A stretch of 64,000 nucleotides of DNA from an uncultured Eubacteriales bacterium (GTDB taxonomy: Bacteria > Bacillota > Clostridia > Oscillospirales > Acutalibacteraceae). Positions 28,029 to 37,801 of this stretch are shown piece by piece. The stretch lies in NCBI GenBank assembly GCA_964540535.1, contig CAZIMO010000002.1, positions 216,705 to 280,704 of the forward strand, read 5' to 3'. Numbering within the stretch: position 1 is the stretch's first letter; each line of letters begins with the position of its first letter. The notes under the pieces were generated by a model. That model did no database searches, was not told where the DNA came from, and was given only the letters and a program-made list of their open reading frames with translations. The translations under genes were made by a program, and so were the position numbers.

Positions 28029-28361
28029 ATGAGCGTAAAAATTGATTTTGACGGCGAAACTCTTTACTGCCGTTTAAGCGGTGAAATAGATCACCATACT
28101 GCCCTGCCTATCCGCCTTGAAGCAGATGACAGAATTGAAAACTGCCGACCCAAACACACAATTCTTGATTTTTCCGATGTAACATTTATGGACAGTTCCG
28201 GAATAGGCTTGGTAATGGGCAGATACAAATTATTATCTGAATTTGACGGCACACTTGAAATTACAGGGCTTTCAAACAACTCTTACAAGGTTATGCGTCT
28301 TGCAGGACTTGACAGAATTGCGACTATAAGCAAAGGAGTAAAAAATAATGGTAATAAATGA
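28029..28361 (+). CDS. spoIIAA: Anti-sigma-F factor antagonist
   Basis: STAS domain with the phosphorylatable DSSGIG motif. First gene of the operon. Confidence 0.9.
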   Translation: MSVKIDFDGETLYCRLSGEIDHHTALPIRLEADDRIENCRPKHTILDFSDVTFMDSSGIGLVMGRYKLLSEFDGTLEITGLSNNSYKVMRLAGLDRIATISKGVKNNGNK

Positions 28362-28779
28362 ATTCAGAATGACGGTTGACAGCCGTTCGGTAAACGAAAG
28401 CTTTTCACGTGCTGTTGTTGCGTCATTTGCCGCTCAATTAGACCCCACTGTTGAAGAAATAAACGATATTAAAACTGCGGTCAGCGAGGCAGTGACGAAC
28501 TGTATTGTACACGGCTATAAAAACTCTGTGGGTAAAATTTACATAAGCGTAAAAATTCACGAGGATAACAGGGTTATTATTATAATCCGTGACAGAGGCT
28601 GCGGTATAAGCGATATAAAAAAAGCCCGTGAGCCGCTTTTCACAACTTTAGGCGGTGACCGTGCAGGGCTTGGATTTTCTGTTATGGAAAGCTTTACGGA
28701 CAAGCTGGCAGTTCGCTCAACCTTGGGCAAGGGAACTACCGTTACCCTTTGCAAAAAAATCTGCGGGCGTGTAAAATGA
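28348..28779 (+). CDS. spoIIAB: Anti-sigma-F factor (serine kinase)
   Basis: HATPase_c motifs NCIVHGY and DRGCGI. Overlaps both flanking genes. Confidence 0.9.
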   Translation: MVINEFRMTVDSRSVNESFSRAVVASFAAQLDPTVEEINDIKTAVSEAVTNCIVHGYKNSVGKIYISVKIHEDNRVIIIIRDRGCGISDIKKAREPLFTTLGGDRAGLGFSVMESFTDKLAVRSTLGKGTTVTLCKKICGRVK

Positions 28780-29426
28780 CACGGGATGAGCTGATATTAA
28801 ACAATTTGGGTCTTGCAGGAAGCTGTGCTTCTCGCTTTTTAGGTAAGGGCGTTGATTATGAGGACTTATATTCGGCAGGCTGTGTTGGACTGATTAAAGC
28901 GGCAGACGGCTTTGACGAAAGCTTAGGATTTGCATTTTCCACATACGCAGTACCGTCAATACTCGGTGAAATACGCAGAATATTCCGTGATGGCGGAGCA
29001 GTAAAGATAAGCCGTTCGCTTAAAGAAAAGGCGAGAATACTGACTGCCGTAAAAGAAAAATTAGAGAAAGAAAACGGCGTTGAGCCGACAGTTTCAGAAA
29101 TAGCCGAAAAAATGGGCATAAGCATTGAAGAAACCGCACAGCTTATATGCGTTTCACAGCCCGTTATTTCGCTCACCGCCGAAGATGACGATGAAAAGCA
29201 GATTGATGTACCCTGCGACGATGAATACACTCCGATTGTTGACAGACTTTCGGTTCAGCAAATCCTTTCAACTCTTGACGAGCGTGACCGCAGGCTTATT
29301 GAGCTTCGTTTTTTTGAAGGTCTGACGCAAAGCAAAACTGCAAATATTCTCGGGATTTCACAGGTTCAGGTATCACGAAAAGAGAAAGTAATTCTTTCGG
29401 ATATGCGTAAAAAACTGATAGGCTGA
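28776..29426 (+). CDS. sigF: Sporulation sigma factor F
   Basis: Sigma-70 regions 2-4. The ATG overlaps the spoIIAB stop (ATGA). Confidence 0.9.
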   Translation: MTRDELILNNLGLAGSCASRFLGKGVDYEDLYSAGCVGLIKAADGFDESLGFAFSTYAVPSILGEIRRIFRDGGAVKISRSLKEKARILTAVKEKLEKENGVEPTVSEIAEKMGISIEETAQLICVSQPVISLTAEDDDEKQIDVPCDDEYTPIVDRLSVQQILSTLDERDRRLIELRFFEGLTQSKTANILGISQVQVSRKEKVILSDMRKKLIG

Positions 29427-29503
29427 CAAAAATTTGATATTTTCATTAAAATATGATAGAATAGATAAAATATGAATTCTATCATAATTTTTTGGTGATA
29501 TTT

Positions 29504-31687
29504 ATGAAAAAGACTGTACAAATTGTGGCTCTTCTCTGCGTTATCGCTTTGCTTTTTACTGCCTGCGGAAACGGTGTTTCAAAAATCTCGGTTAAGACTG
29601 ACAAAATTAAATACAGTACCGCTGAATATACAGGTGACGAGCTTCACAAAGCTGAAAATTCGAGTTATAAATCCGTTTGCAGTTCAGGTCTTATTGAAAT
29701 GCTTTTTGATGACACCGCAATGGCTGTTGCAATTAAAGATACCGGTTCGGGCAATATATGGACAAGCCTGCCGCAAAATTCAGTTAAAAAGCAAATAAAC
29801 AGCTCTGCCGTTGAAGTTGAGCTTTCAAACGGCGATGACACAGTTTATGTTCTTAATTCACAGGACAATTCAGTAAAATTCGGAAATGCAGTTTCAACCG
29901 TTTCCGATGACGGAATTTCAGTTAAATATGCAATTTCCCTTGACGATGAGACAGGCAAAGCCGATATAAGCAGTCTTAAAAACGGTGAAATCAGAGTTGA
30001 TTTGACAGTTAATTATACTCTTAAAGACGGTTCGTTTTATGTAAACGTAAGTATGAATACCGTTACTCTGCCTGAAAATGTTTATCTTGAAAAAATCAAA
30101 GTTTTGAATACTTTCGGCGCTTATGACAACAGCGGTGCTGACGACTTTATTTTCGTACCCGACGGCAGCGGAGCGCTTATTATGACAGGCATTGAAGATG
30201 CAGAATTTACACCGCTCACCCTTTCTGTTTTTGACAATGACGCCGCAACAGATGAAAATGCGGGAAAATCGTCATGTCTTGTAGGCGCATTCGGAATTAA
30301 GCGTTCAAACGGTGCTTTTTTGTGCATTATCGACAGCGGCGCTTCAATTGCCGAAATCGAGGCAGAACGCAGTACGGATACAACGCTTAACAGAGTTAGT
30401 ACGGCTTTTAATATTACAGATATTTCTGCCAAACAGGAAAAAAACAGCGTAAATAAAACTATCGGTTACAGCTACAAAAACGAAATTACGCTTTGTTACC
30501 GCTTCCTTTCGGGCAGATCTGCAACATATTCGGGTCTTGCCTCTGCCTGCCGTGAAAATTTAATCAGAAATTCAGTGCTTTCAACAAAAACACTTGCAAC
30601 TGACGAAAAGTATATTCCCCTTGTGCTTTCACTTCAAGGCGGTTACACAAATGAAAACGGCAAGTACAGTGTACTTACAAATTACGGACAGGCGCTGTCG
30701 CTTGTTACTCTTTTAAAGGCAAAGGGTATCAACAACATTTATTTGCGTTACAACGGTCTTTACAGCGACGCTAACAACGGAAGCTCGGCTGATTTCGGCA
30801 ATTTTTCTAAAAAGCTTGGAAAAAATAAGGAATACGAAGCGCTTTATACATATTTAAAAAGTCAGAATTTTTCACTGTTCCTTGAAACTGATTTGCTGAC
30901 ATATTCTTACAGTTCAAACGGAGCTAAGGCTCTTGGCGGCGGCAATATCAAAAGCAAAGCCGAAGAGGTTTTTCCGTATTCAACAAGCGCCCAAGGCTAT
31001 CTTAAAATGAGTAAGTTTGAAAATAAGATAGAAGCTATATTAAGAGCTTCGGCAGACATAAATTTTGACGGTTATTCGATGAATGATGCAGGCGCATATC
31101 TTTACTCTGATTACTCTGACAGCTTTTATGCAAGGGTAACCGCACAAAAAGAGATTTCAGCGCAGCTCCCTGTGCTTGCGGCGTCAAAAAAACTTATGAT
31201 TGACACAGGCAATATTTATTCCGTCAAAAATGCCGATGTTATTTCAAATATTGCGGTTTCTCCTGCTTCAAGAACCGAAAGCGAAGCGTATGTGGGCATT
31301 CCGTTTATGCAGATGATGCTTCACGGCATTACCGAATACAGTGCGTCGGGAATTAACTCTGCCGATGACATTAAAACCGCATTTTTGAAATCAATTGAAT
31401 ACGGTTGCTTGCCGAGCGCTGAATGGTACTGCACAAAGCTTGCCGAAGAGCTTGACGGCAAATACTATTATGACAGCAACATAAACGATATGGTTACATA
31501 TTACACCAAAGCTAACGAGGTTTTAGGCGATATCCGCGCGGAAAGAATGACTTCTCATTATAAAGAGCAAGACGGCGTTTACTGCACCGAATATGACAAC
31601 AGCACAAAGGTTTATGTAAACTATACAGATAAAGATGTAACCGTAAACGGAATCAAAATTCCGGCACTTGACTGCGTAAAAATCTAA
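29504..31687 (+). CDS. Large secreted lipoprotein, function unknown
   Basis: MKKTVQIVALLCVIALLFTAC lipobox, 727 aa. Confidence 0.6.
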   Translation: MKKTVQIVALLCVIALLFTACGNGVSKISVKTDKIKYSTAEYTGDELHKAENSSYKSVCSSGLIEMLFDDTAMAVAIKDTGSGNIWTSLPQNSVKKQINSSAVEVELSNGDDTVYVLNSQDNSVKFGNAVSTVSDDGISVKYAISLDDETGKADISSLKNGEIRVDLTVNYTLKDGSFYVNVSMNTVTLPENVYLEKIKVLNTFGAYDNSGADDFIFVPDGSGALIMTGIEDAEFTPLTLSVFDNDAATDENAGKSSCLVGAFGIKRSNGAFLCIIDSGASIAEIEAERSTDTTLNRVSTAFNITDISAKQEKNSVNKTIGYSYKNEITLCYRFLSGRSATYSGLASACRENLIRNSVLSTKTLATDEKYIPLVLSLQGGYTNENGKYSVLTNYGQALSLVTLLKAKGINNIYLRYNGLYSDANNGSSADFGNFSKKLGKNKEYEALYTYLKSQNFSLFLETDLLTYSYSSNGAKALGGGNIKSKAEEVFPYSTSAQGYLKMSKFENKIEAILRASADINFDGYSMNDAGAYLYSDYSDSFYARVTAQKEISAQLPVLAASKKLMIDTGNIYSVKNADVISNIAVSPASRTESEAYVGIPFMQMMLHGITEYSASGINSADDIKTAFLKSIEYGCLPSAEWYCTKLAEELDGKYYYDSNINDMVTYYTKANEVLGDIRAERMTSHYKEQDGVYCTEYDNSTKVYVNYTDKDVTVNGIKIPALDCVKI

Positions 31688-31700
31688 TTGTTTACGAATT

Positions 31701-32135
31701 TTAATCTGCTATATTTATTACTATTCTATTTTTCCTTTCTGAAAGTTTCTTAAATTTAAAAGCACCGCCAACTGTATGCTTTACATAAGTTATGACATAA
31801 TCATATTGTTCAATCATCCATTTATTACGATAGTTAATAGCATATCGTAACGGAACACATTCAATACCATCCGGAAAAACCGTGTTGACAAAACTTTCTT
31901 CCTTATATTTATCTCTATCACTTGGAAGATAAGCCAAAACAACTGCATAGTTTATGTGATAAACCTAATTTAACTCAATTATAATCCGTTTTACCATTTG
32001 GTCAAAATTTCCGTGGTTACCTACATAGAAATTATAAACCTTTTTATTCTCAATTAAATCAATAAGAGTCGACCGCAGTGTCGGCTCTATTTCTTTTGGT
32101 GCATCTTTATGCCCGAAGAATGTACAAGTTAACAT
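31701..32135 (-). pseudogene. SLOG/DUF1273-like protein interrupted by a single in-frame TAG
   Basis: MLTCTFFGHKDAP...RIIIELN*VYHINYAVVLAYLPSDRDK... The two track ORFs (31965-32267 and 31701-31937) are in the same frame. Confidence 0.7.
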
Positions 32136-32257
32136 TAAATCACCGTCTTTCTTATACACAAGTATACTATATATGGTCCAAAAAGTCCATATATAGTCGT
32201 TTTCTTCCCTTGCAAACGGATAAACTATTCGTATAGAATTGTTTTGGAGGGTGGAAT

Positions 32258-32500
32258 ATGAATACAAGAAAGGCGGTTGCCAACCGATTGATTGAACTGT
32301 GTGAGCAGAAGAATTTATCTCTTAATGCTCTTGCAAGAACATCCGCTGTTCCGCCTTCAACTCTTAAAAACATTATAAACGGCGGCAGTCAAAACGCAGG
32401 TGTAGTAACTATCAAAAAGCTGTGTGACGGTTTAGAAATTTCGCTTTATGATTTTTTTGATACTGAAACATTTAAAACTTTAGAACAAGAAATAAAGTAA
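32258..32500 (+). CDS. XRE-family HTH transcriptional regulator
   Basis: 80 aa with HTH LSLNALARTSAVPPSTLKNI. Divergent from the SLOG pseudogene. Confidence 0.8.
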   Translation: MNTRKAVANRLIELCEQKNLSLNALARTSAVPPSTLKNIINGGSQNAGVVTIKKLCDGLEISLYDFFDTETFKTLEQEIK

Positions 32501-32514
32501 TTTAAAATAAAATT

Positions 32515-32559
32515 AACCCACTATGATACTTTCAAAGCCGAAAGCGGTCATAGTGGGTT
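32515..32559. terminator. Bidirectional terminator (12-bp stem)
   Basis: AACCCACTATGA..(21 nt)..TCATAGTGGGTT with A/T runs on both sides. Confidence 0.7.
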
Positions 32560-32619
32560 TACTTATTTACATATTCAATTTTATTCTATTCGCAATAACT
32601 GTGCGAAGCGCAGTAATCC

Positions 32620-34299
32620 TTATCCGAAGAAGTTCCAGCCAAACAGTCCGCCTGTGGCTTCTGTTGTGGTTTCAGGGTCGGGTTCAGGTTCGGGTTCTGT
32701 GGTTGGCGGTGCGCCCCAAACTTGAATGTACACATCTGTACCCTTAATTTTGCTTGAACCGGACTGTGGTGTTACCTCATAAACAGTTCCTTCAGCATAA
32801 TCTCCGTTATTCTCTTTTTCAATGATATTCACAACAAAGCCTGCTTTTTCAAGCGTTGACTTTGCCACATCAACATTCAAGCCCTCAACAGGCGGAATTG
32901 TCACATATTCGGGACCTTTGCTGACTACAAAGCTCAAGCTTGTACCCATTTCGACCTCTGTTCCGGGATCAATGCTTTGAGAAATAATATATCCCTTTTC
33001 AACGGTCGCACTGTATTCGCTTGTCGAACTGATTTTGAATCGCTCGTTCTGAACAGGGTTCTGTGCAATCATATCATATGACGAATTGACAAAATTCGGA
33101 ACTTCAATTGTTTCGGGTGCTTCTGTGCCCTGCTCTGTTGAATGTTCTTCTTCAGCAGTATCAGAGAAATGCTCATACACCATAAAACCTGCAAAAATCA
33201 AAAGACCGATACCGAGAATTATTAAGAATGTAATCAACACTATTTTCACAGGATTGCTTTCTTCTTCAGCCACAGGTTCAGAAGCTTCTTTCTTTTGCGG
33301 TTCGGGAACATTAACTCCCGAATATGATGAAACAACATTACCGGGTGTTGCCGAAAGCTCTTCACGGAGAGTTTCAATATCCTTTGTTCTGTCAGCAGGG
33401 TCAACCTGCAAACCGTTCATAAGCGCATTTATAACATAAACAGGAATAATCTCTGCATAACGAGCAGGGATTATAAGCTGATCATTCATTGAACGGGTTA
33501 CCGCGTCCTGCGGTACACTGCCCACAAGTGAACGGTAAACCACTGCGCAAAATGAATAGACATCTGACCAAGTACCGTTTTCGTAGGAATATCCGTATTG
33601 CTCAATAGGTGTATATCCCTCAAAAAACTCGGGAGCAAGCTCACTGCCTTCAATACGAGCTTCGCTTATTGAAAATCCCCAAAGACGGAACTTACCGTCA
33701 CGGCCGATAAGCAGATTATCGGGGTTTATTCCGTTGTGAGTAATTCCCATTTGGTGAAGCGCCGAAAGGGTTGAAAGCACAGGCATAAAAAGTCCTTTGG
33801 CTTTTTCCCAATTAAGATATCCTGTTTGGCTTTTAAGCAAAAATTCACGCAGAGTAATGCTTTCAACATATTCGCTTACCGCATAAGCAGTATTATTTTC
33901 TTCAACAATATCTATTACAGGCACAAGCGCCGAGAGTCCGCGTACACGGGCAAGACTGCGCCAAAGCTTTAAGAATTTGTTGAGATAGCTGTAATAAATT
34001 TCAGTATACTGTTCTTTTATATTAAGCTCTGTTTCACCGAAAGAACGGTCAACAAACTTTTCGGGCAGAAATTCACGTATTAAAACAGGGGATTTACGGT
34101 CAATATCATAAGCCATATATGTAGCGCCCTCACTGTTGGATGAAAGCATTTTACCGACTATGTATTTATTACCGATTGGTGTTTTAAGAGGAAGATAAGG
34201 AGAAATTTGCGGAGAATCAACATAATATCCACATTTGGGGCATTGCTTTTCGCCGTAAATTTCATTCATACAGCTCATACAAAGATTATCTAAATTCAT
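32620..34299 (-). CDS. Zinc-ribbon / degenerate Ser-Thr kinase domain / TM / 2x PASTA protein (predicted pseudokinase)
   Basis: CMSC..CPKCG ribbon. The kinase fold has VAIK>LIRE, HRDIKP>HNGINP and DFG>WGF. One TM helix and two C-terminal PASTA repeats. SD GAAAGGG before the ATG at 34299. Confidence 0.7.
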   Translation of the reverse strand: MNLDNLCMSCMNEIYGEKQCPKCGYYVDSPQISPYLPLKTPIGNKYIVGKMLSSNSEGATYMAYDIDRKSPVLIREFLPEKFVDRSFGETELNIKEQYTEIYYSYLNKFLKLWRSLARVRGLSALVPVIDIVEENNTAYAVSEYVESITLREFLLKSQTGYLNWEKAKGLFMPVLSTLSALHQMGITHNGINPDNLLIGRDGKFRLWGFSISEARIEGSELAPEFFEGYTPIEQYGYSYENGTWSDVYSFCAVVYRSLVGSVPQDAVTRSMNDQLIIPARYAEIIPVYVINALMNGLQVDPADRTKDIETLREELSATPGNVVSSYSGVNVPEPQKKEASEPVAEEESNPVKIVLITFLIILGIGLLIFAGFMVYEHFSDTAEEEHSTEQGTEAPETIEVPNFVNSSYDMIAQNPVQNERFKISSTSEYSATVEKGYIISQSIDPGTEVEMGTSLSFVVSKGPEYVTIPPVEGLNVDVAKSTLEKAGFVVNIIEKENNGDYAEGTVYEVTPQSGSSKIKGTDVYIQVWGAPPTTEPEPEPDPETTTEATGGLFGWNFFG

Positions 34300-34378
34300 A
34301 TTGATGCCCTTTCCGTTATAGTCTGAAAAATATGATACCAAATACTATGGTGCATTGTCAAATTACAAATTAGTTACA

Positions 34379-35974
34379 TCAGGTTTCATCAGAAAGCACC
34401 GCTTCGGCACATTTAACTCCGTCAACTGCCGCTGAAACAATTCCGCCTGCATAGCCTGCGCCCTCACCGCAAGGATAAAGTCCCCGGATATTGGTCTGAT
34501 AAAACTCATCACGAATAATTCTAACAGGCGATGAGCTTCGGGTTTCAGGCGCAGTAAGCACTGCGTCGTTCATAGCGAAGCCCTTAAGCTTTTTATCCAT
34601 TTGAGCCAAAGCTTCACGCATTGTATTAACCGTTTTTGACGGCAAAACATTGCTTATATCGCCCATTGCCACTCCTGTTGGGAATGATGGCTTCACTGCC
34701 CCCAATTTAGTTGAACTTTGTCCCTTTAAGAAATCGCCCACCAGCTGTGCAGGAGCGGTATAATCACCGCCTCCGCAATTGAATGCCTTCTGCTCAATTT
34801 CACGCTGAAGCTGAAATCCCGAAAGCACATGCTCGCTTGGAAAATCCTCGGGATTTATACCCACCAAAATTGCCGAATTCGCATTTTCTTTATCACGGGC
34901 ATATTCGCTCATTCCGTTTGTCACCACTCCGCCCTTTTCAGACGAAGCACAGACGACCGTACCGCCCGGACACATACAAAATGTGTAAGCTCCCCTGCCG
35001 TGTGGCGGATGGCAAGCTAATTTATAATCTGCCGCACGAAGTTTCGGATGATTTTTAAAATCACCGTACTGAACGGTATTTATAAACTCCTGCGGATGCT
35101 CAATTCTCGCGCCTACCGAAAAAGGCTTTTGCATCATCTGTATGCCGTTATTGTAAAGCATTTCGATTGTGTCCCGCGCGGAATGACCTATTGAAAGAAT
35201 GAGAGTATCGGTTTCTAAATCGGTTTCTTTGCCGTATTTATCTTTAAGAGTTATTCCGTGAATAAATCCGTTTGCAACAATTATGTCTGAAAGCTGTGTT
35301 TCAAAAAGCACCTTACCGCCAAGCGAAATAATCTCTTCACGAATTGCTTTTACCGTTGCTTTCAGTTTGTCAGTACCTATATGTGGCTTTGCATTTACAA
35401 GAATATCTTCGGGTGCACCGTGATTTACAAATTCTTCAAAAACAAATCTGCAACGGCTGTCTTTAATACCTGTTGTAAGCTTACCGTCTGAAAATGTGCC
35501 TGCACCGCCCTCGCCGTACTGAATATTTGAGGCTTCGTCTAAAATTCGGTTAGTCCAAAAATTATTCACATCTGCCGTGCGTTTATCAACATCACGTCCA
35601 CGCTCAACAACTATTGGGCAGTGTCCGCTTCTCGCCAAAATAAGCGCCGCAAACATACCTGCAGGACCGAATCCTGCAATTACCGGAGGAAGCGTGCTTT
35701 TACGGTTCGATTGAGGAATATTATATGAATATTTTTCGCTTTTTATGACGCGGTTATTATTGAGCGACGCAAGAATTTTATCTTCATCGCCGTCAACTGT
35801 CACGTCTGCCGTATAAACGAATTTAACCTCTCCCTTTCGGCAGTCAACACTTTTTTTAAATATTTCGGTTTTTAATATTCGGTTTTTATTTATTTTAAGC
35901 GCCTTTGCCGCTGCATCTTCAATATCGTGAAAATCGCAGTCAAGGTCAAGCTTAATTTCACTTATTCTAAGCAT
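34379..35974 (-). CDS. FAD-dependent oxidoreductase (COG2509-like)
   Basis: VIAGFGPAGMFAAL dinucleotide-binding motif, 531 aa. Confidence 0.7.
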   Translation of the reverse strand: MLRISEIKLDLDCDFHDIEDAAAKALKINKNRILKTEIFKKSVDCRKGEVKFVYTADVTVDGDEDKILASLNNNRVIKSEKYSYNIPQSNRKSTLPPVIAGFGPAGMFAALILARSGHCPIVVERGRDVDKRTADVNNFWTNRILDEASNIQYGEGGAGTFSDGKLTTGIKDSRCRFVFEEFVNHGAPEDILVNAKPHIGTDKLKATVKAIREEIISLGGKVLFETQLSDIIVANGFIHGITLKDKYGKETDLETDTLILSIGHSARDTIEMLYNNGIQMMQKPFSVGARIEHPQEFINTVQYGDFKNHPKLRAADYKLACHPPHGRGAYTFCMCPGGTVVCASSEKGGVVTNGMSEYARDKENANSAILVGINPEDFPSEHVLSGFQLQREIEQKAFNCGGGDYTAPAQLVGDFLKGQSSTKLGAVKPSFPTGVAMGDISNVLPSKTVNTMREALAQMDKKLKGFAMNDAVLTAPETRSSSPVRIIRDEFYQTNIRGLYPCGEGAGYAGGIVSAAVDGVKCAEAVLSDET

Positions 35975-37205
35975 TGTTTATCCTTTCAGCTATGGTTCTG
36001 CCTGCAAGTCTGCCCGAGCTCCATGCCCACTGAAGATTGTATCCGCCGCAGTCACCGTCAATATTCAATGCCTCTCCGCAACAGAAAAGATTATTTACGC
36101 ACTTTGATTCCATTGTTTCGGGATTAAACTGTGAGCAATCAGCGCCGCCTGCAGTAACCTGCGCATAATCAAAGCTTCTTGAATTTTTGATTTTAATTTT
36201 CCAGCACTTGCAAAGCTTCGCAAGCTTTATAATTTCAGCGTCGTTCAGCTCAAAAATCTTGCCGTTCGGCGCAATTCCACACTCTTTTAAAAGCGTAATG
36301 CACAACTGCTTATTCATTAAACCAATCAGCAGATTTTCGCAAAGACCTGTGCCGAACTCACGGCGGTCAAAGAGATATTTTTCAATTTGCTCCGCTGTGA
36401 AATCCGGTGTAACATCAAGATTTATATAAATGTTGTTCGACGGCGACATTGAAACAAAGCGTGAAAGCTGCATTATCGGAATTCCCGAAAGTCCGTAATC
36501 GGTAAACTGCACCTCGCCGTAATTTTCAAGTGTTTTTTCGCCGTCAATTATTAAATCTGTTTTACAGATTGAGCGAACTCCCTTTAAAGCTTTTGTAAAA
36601 TCATCACAATTAAGTGACACAAGGGCAGGAGCTATAGGTGTGATTTTATGGCCCATCATTTCAAGCAATTCATATGCGTCGCCGTCTGTTCCGTGAACCT
36701 TTGCGGCTTTCCCTCCGCAGGCTATCACCACGTAATCGAAGCGGTCACGGTTATTTACAACAATTTTCGGCTTAACTCCGTTATCAACTGTTTTAAGGTG
36801 AACGGCGCGGTAATCGCACAGTGTTTCAACTCCTAAACGGTTGCACTCAAAACGCAGTGCGTCAAGCACCGATGAGGCTTGATTTGAAAGAGGGTAAACT
36901 CTGCCCTCATCTTCTGTACGGGTATATAAGCCCAAGGAATTAAAAAATTCGATATTCTTTTGCGGAGTAAATGTGTTAAGAGCAAATTCTGCAAATTCAG
37001 CTTCACCGCGATAGTCGGAAACCGAGGTATTTCTATTTGTAAGGTTACATCTGCCGTTGCCTGTCACGAGCAGTTTTTTACCTACACGCGGCAGTTTTTC
37101 AATAAGCGTAACCCTTACGCTTTCTTTATCCTTTATATTATGAAGAAGCTCAATTACGCAGGCAAGCCCCGACGCTCCGCCGCCGATAACTGCAATCTTA
37201 ATCAA
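35967..37205 (-). CDS. HI0933/BaiN-like FAD-binding protein (aminoacetone oxidase family)
   Basis: IAVIGGGASGL N-terminus, GNGRCN motif and C-terminal GGYNLQWAWSSG. Confidence 0.75.
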   Translation of the reverse strand: MIKIAVIGGGASGLACVIELLHNIKDKESVRVTLIEKLPRVGKKLLVTGNGRCNLTNRNTSVSDYRGEAEFAEFALNTFTPQKNIEFFNSLGLYTRTEDEGRVYPLSNQASSVLDALRFECNRLGVETLCDYRAVHLKTVDNGVKPKIVVNNRDRFDYVVIACGGKAAKVHGTDGDAYELLEMMGHKITPIAPALVSLNCDDFTKALKGVRSICKTDLIIDGEKTLENYGEVQFTDYGLSGIPIMQLSRFVSMSPSNNIYINLDVTPDFTAEQIEKYLFDRREFGTGLCENLLIGLMNKQLCITLLKECGIAPNGKIFELNDAEIIKLAKLCKCWKIKIKNSRSFDYAQVTAGGADCSQFNPETMESKCVNNLFCCGEALNIDGDCGGYNLQWAWSSGRLAGRTIAERINNA

Positions 37206-37208
37206 GAC

Positions 37209-37595
37209 TTATCCCTGCCTTTCAATATACTCATAAAGCTTTTCAATAGTCACAGGACTCATAACATGCTCCATTTTGCAGGCGTCGTTTTCTGCATTTT
37301 CTTCATCAACGCCTAAGTTATCTATCAAGAACTGTTTAATAAGCTTGTGACGGTGCAGAACATTCGCCGCATAGCTTTCGCCGGCAGGAGTAAGAACTAT
37401 ATCGCCGTAAGTTATATGCTCTAAAAATCCGTATTGTGTGAGCGTATTTACCGCGCGGTTTACGCTGGGCTTTGAAACACCGAGATGTTCGGCAATATCG
37501 GTAAGCCGTACATTTCCTCTTTGCTGTGAAATTACAAAAACTGCCTCAAGATAGTCTTCAAGAGATGATGTCATACTGTAAGCTTCTTTTTTCAT
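37209..37595 (-). CDS. DtxR/MntR-family metal-dependent transcriptional regulator
   Basis: LEDYLEAVF..., the HTH VRLTDIAEHLGVSKPSV, and a dimerisation domain. The start is at MKKEAYS (37595) or MTSS (37574). Confidence 0.8.
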   Translation of the reverse strand: MKKEAYSMTSSLEDYLEAVFVISQQRGNVRLTDIAEHLGVSKPSVNRAVNTLTQYGFLEHITYGDIVLTPAGESYAANVLHRHKLIKQFLIDNLGVDEENAENDACKMEHVMSPVTIEKLYEYIERQG

Positions 37596-37600
37596 TACCA

Positions 37601-37688
37601 ATCGCCATGCGATACATAATTCGCACAAAGAGCTATATAAAAACAGCCTTTTATGCGCGGTATCGTTCCTTTCATTGTGTTTTCGCGC
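37601..37688 (-). repeat. Copy B of the dispersed ~88-nt leader element
   Basis: Sense strand: GCGCGAAAACACAATGAAAGGAACGATACCGCGCATAAAAGGCTGTTTTTATATAGCTCTTTGTGCGAATTATGTATCGCATGGCGAT, then tggta-ATG. Confidence 0.9.
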
Positions 37689-37718
37689 CGAATACTTTTT
37701 TGAAATAATTATTATAAT

Positions 37719-37748
37719 ATTTTATCACGGTTTTATGCAAATAGTCAA
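37719..37748 (-). promoter_or_regulatory. Sigma-A type promoter upstream of copy B and the mntR-like operon
   Basis: Minus strand reads TTGACT, 18 nt, TAAAAT. Confidence 0.55.
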
Positions 37749-37801
37749 CTGAATTATGTAACAAAAAAGCCTTGCTGAAACGCAAAGCTTTATAATGTAT
37801 A

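Noticed and set aside
12468-32135. Alternative genetic code (TGA or TAG reassigned) to explain the two in-frame stops
   Set aside because: Dozens of conserved genes in the window terminate at TAA, TAG or TGA at family-typical lengths, and no other in-frame stops are seen. Single nonsense mutations are the simpler explanation.
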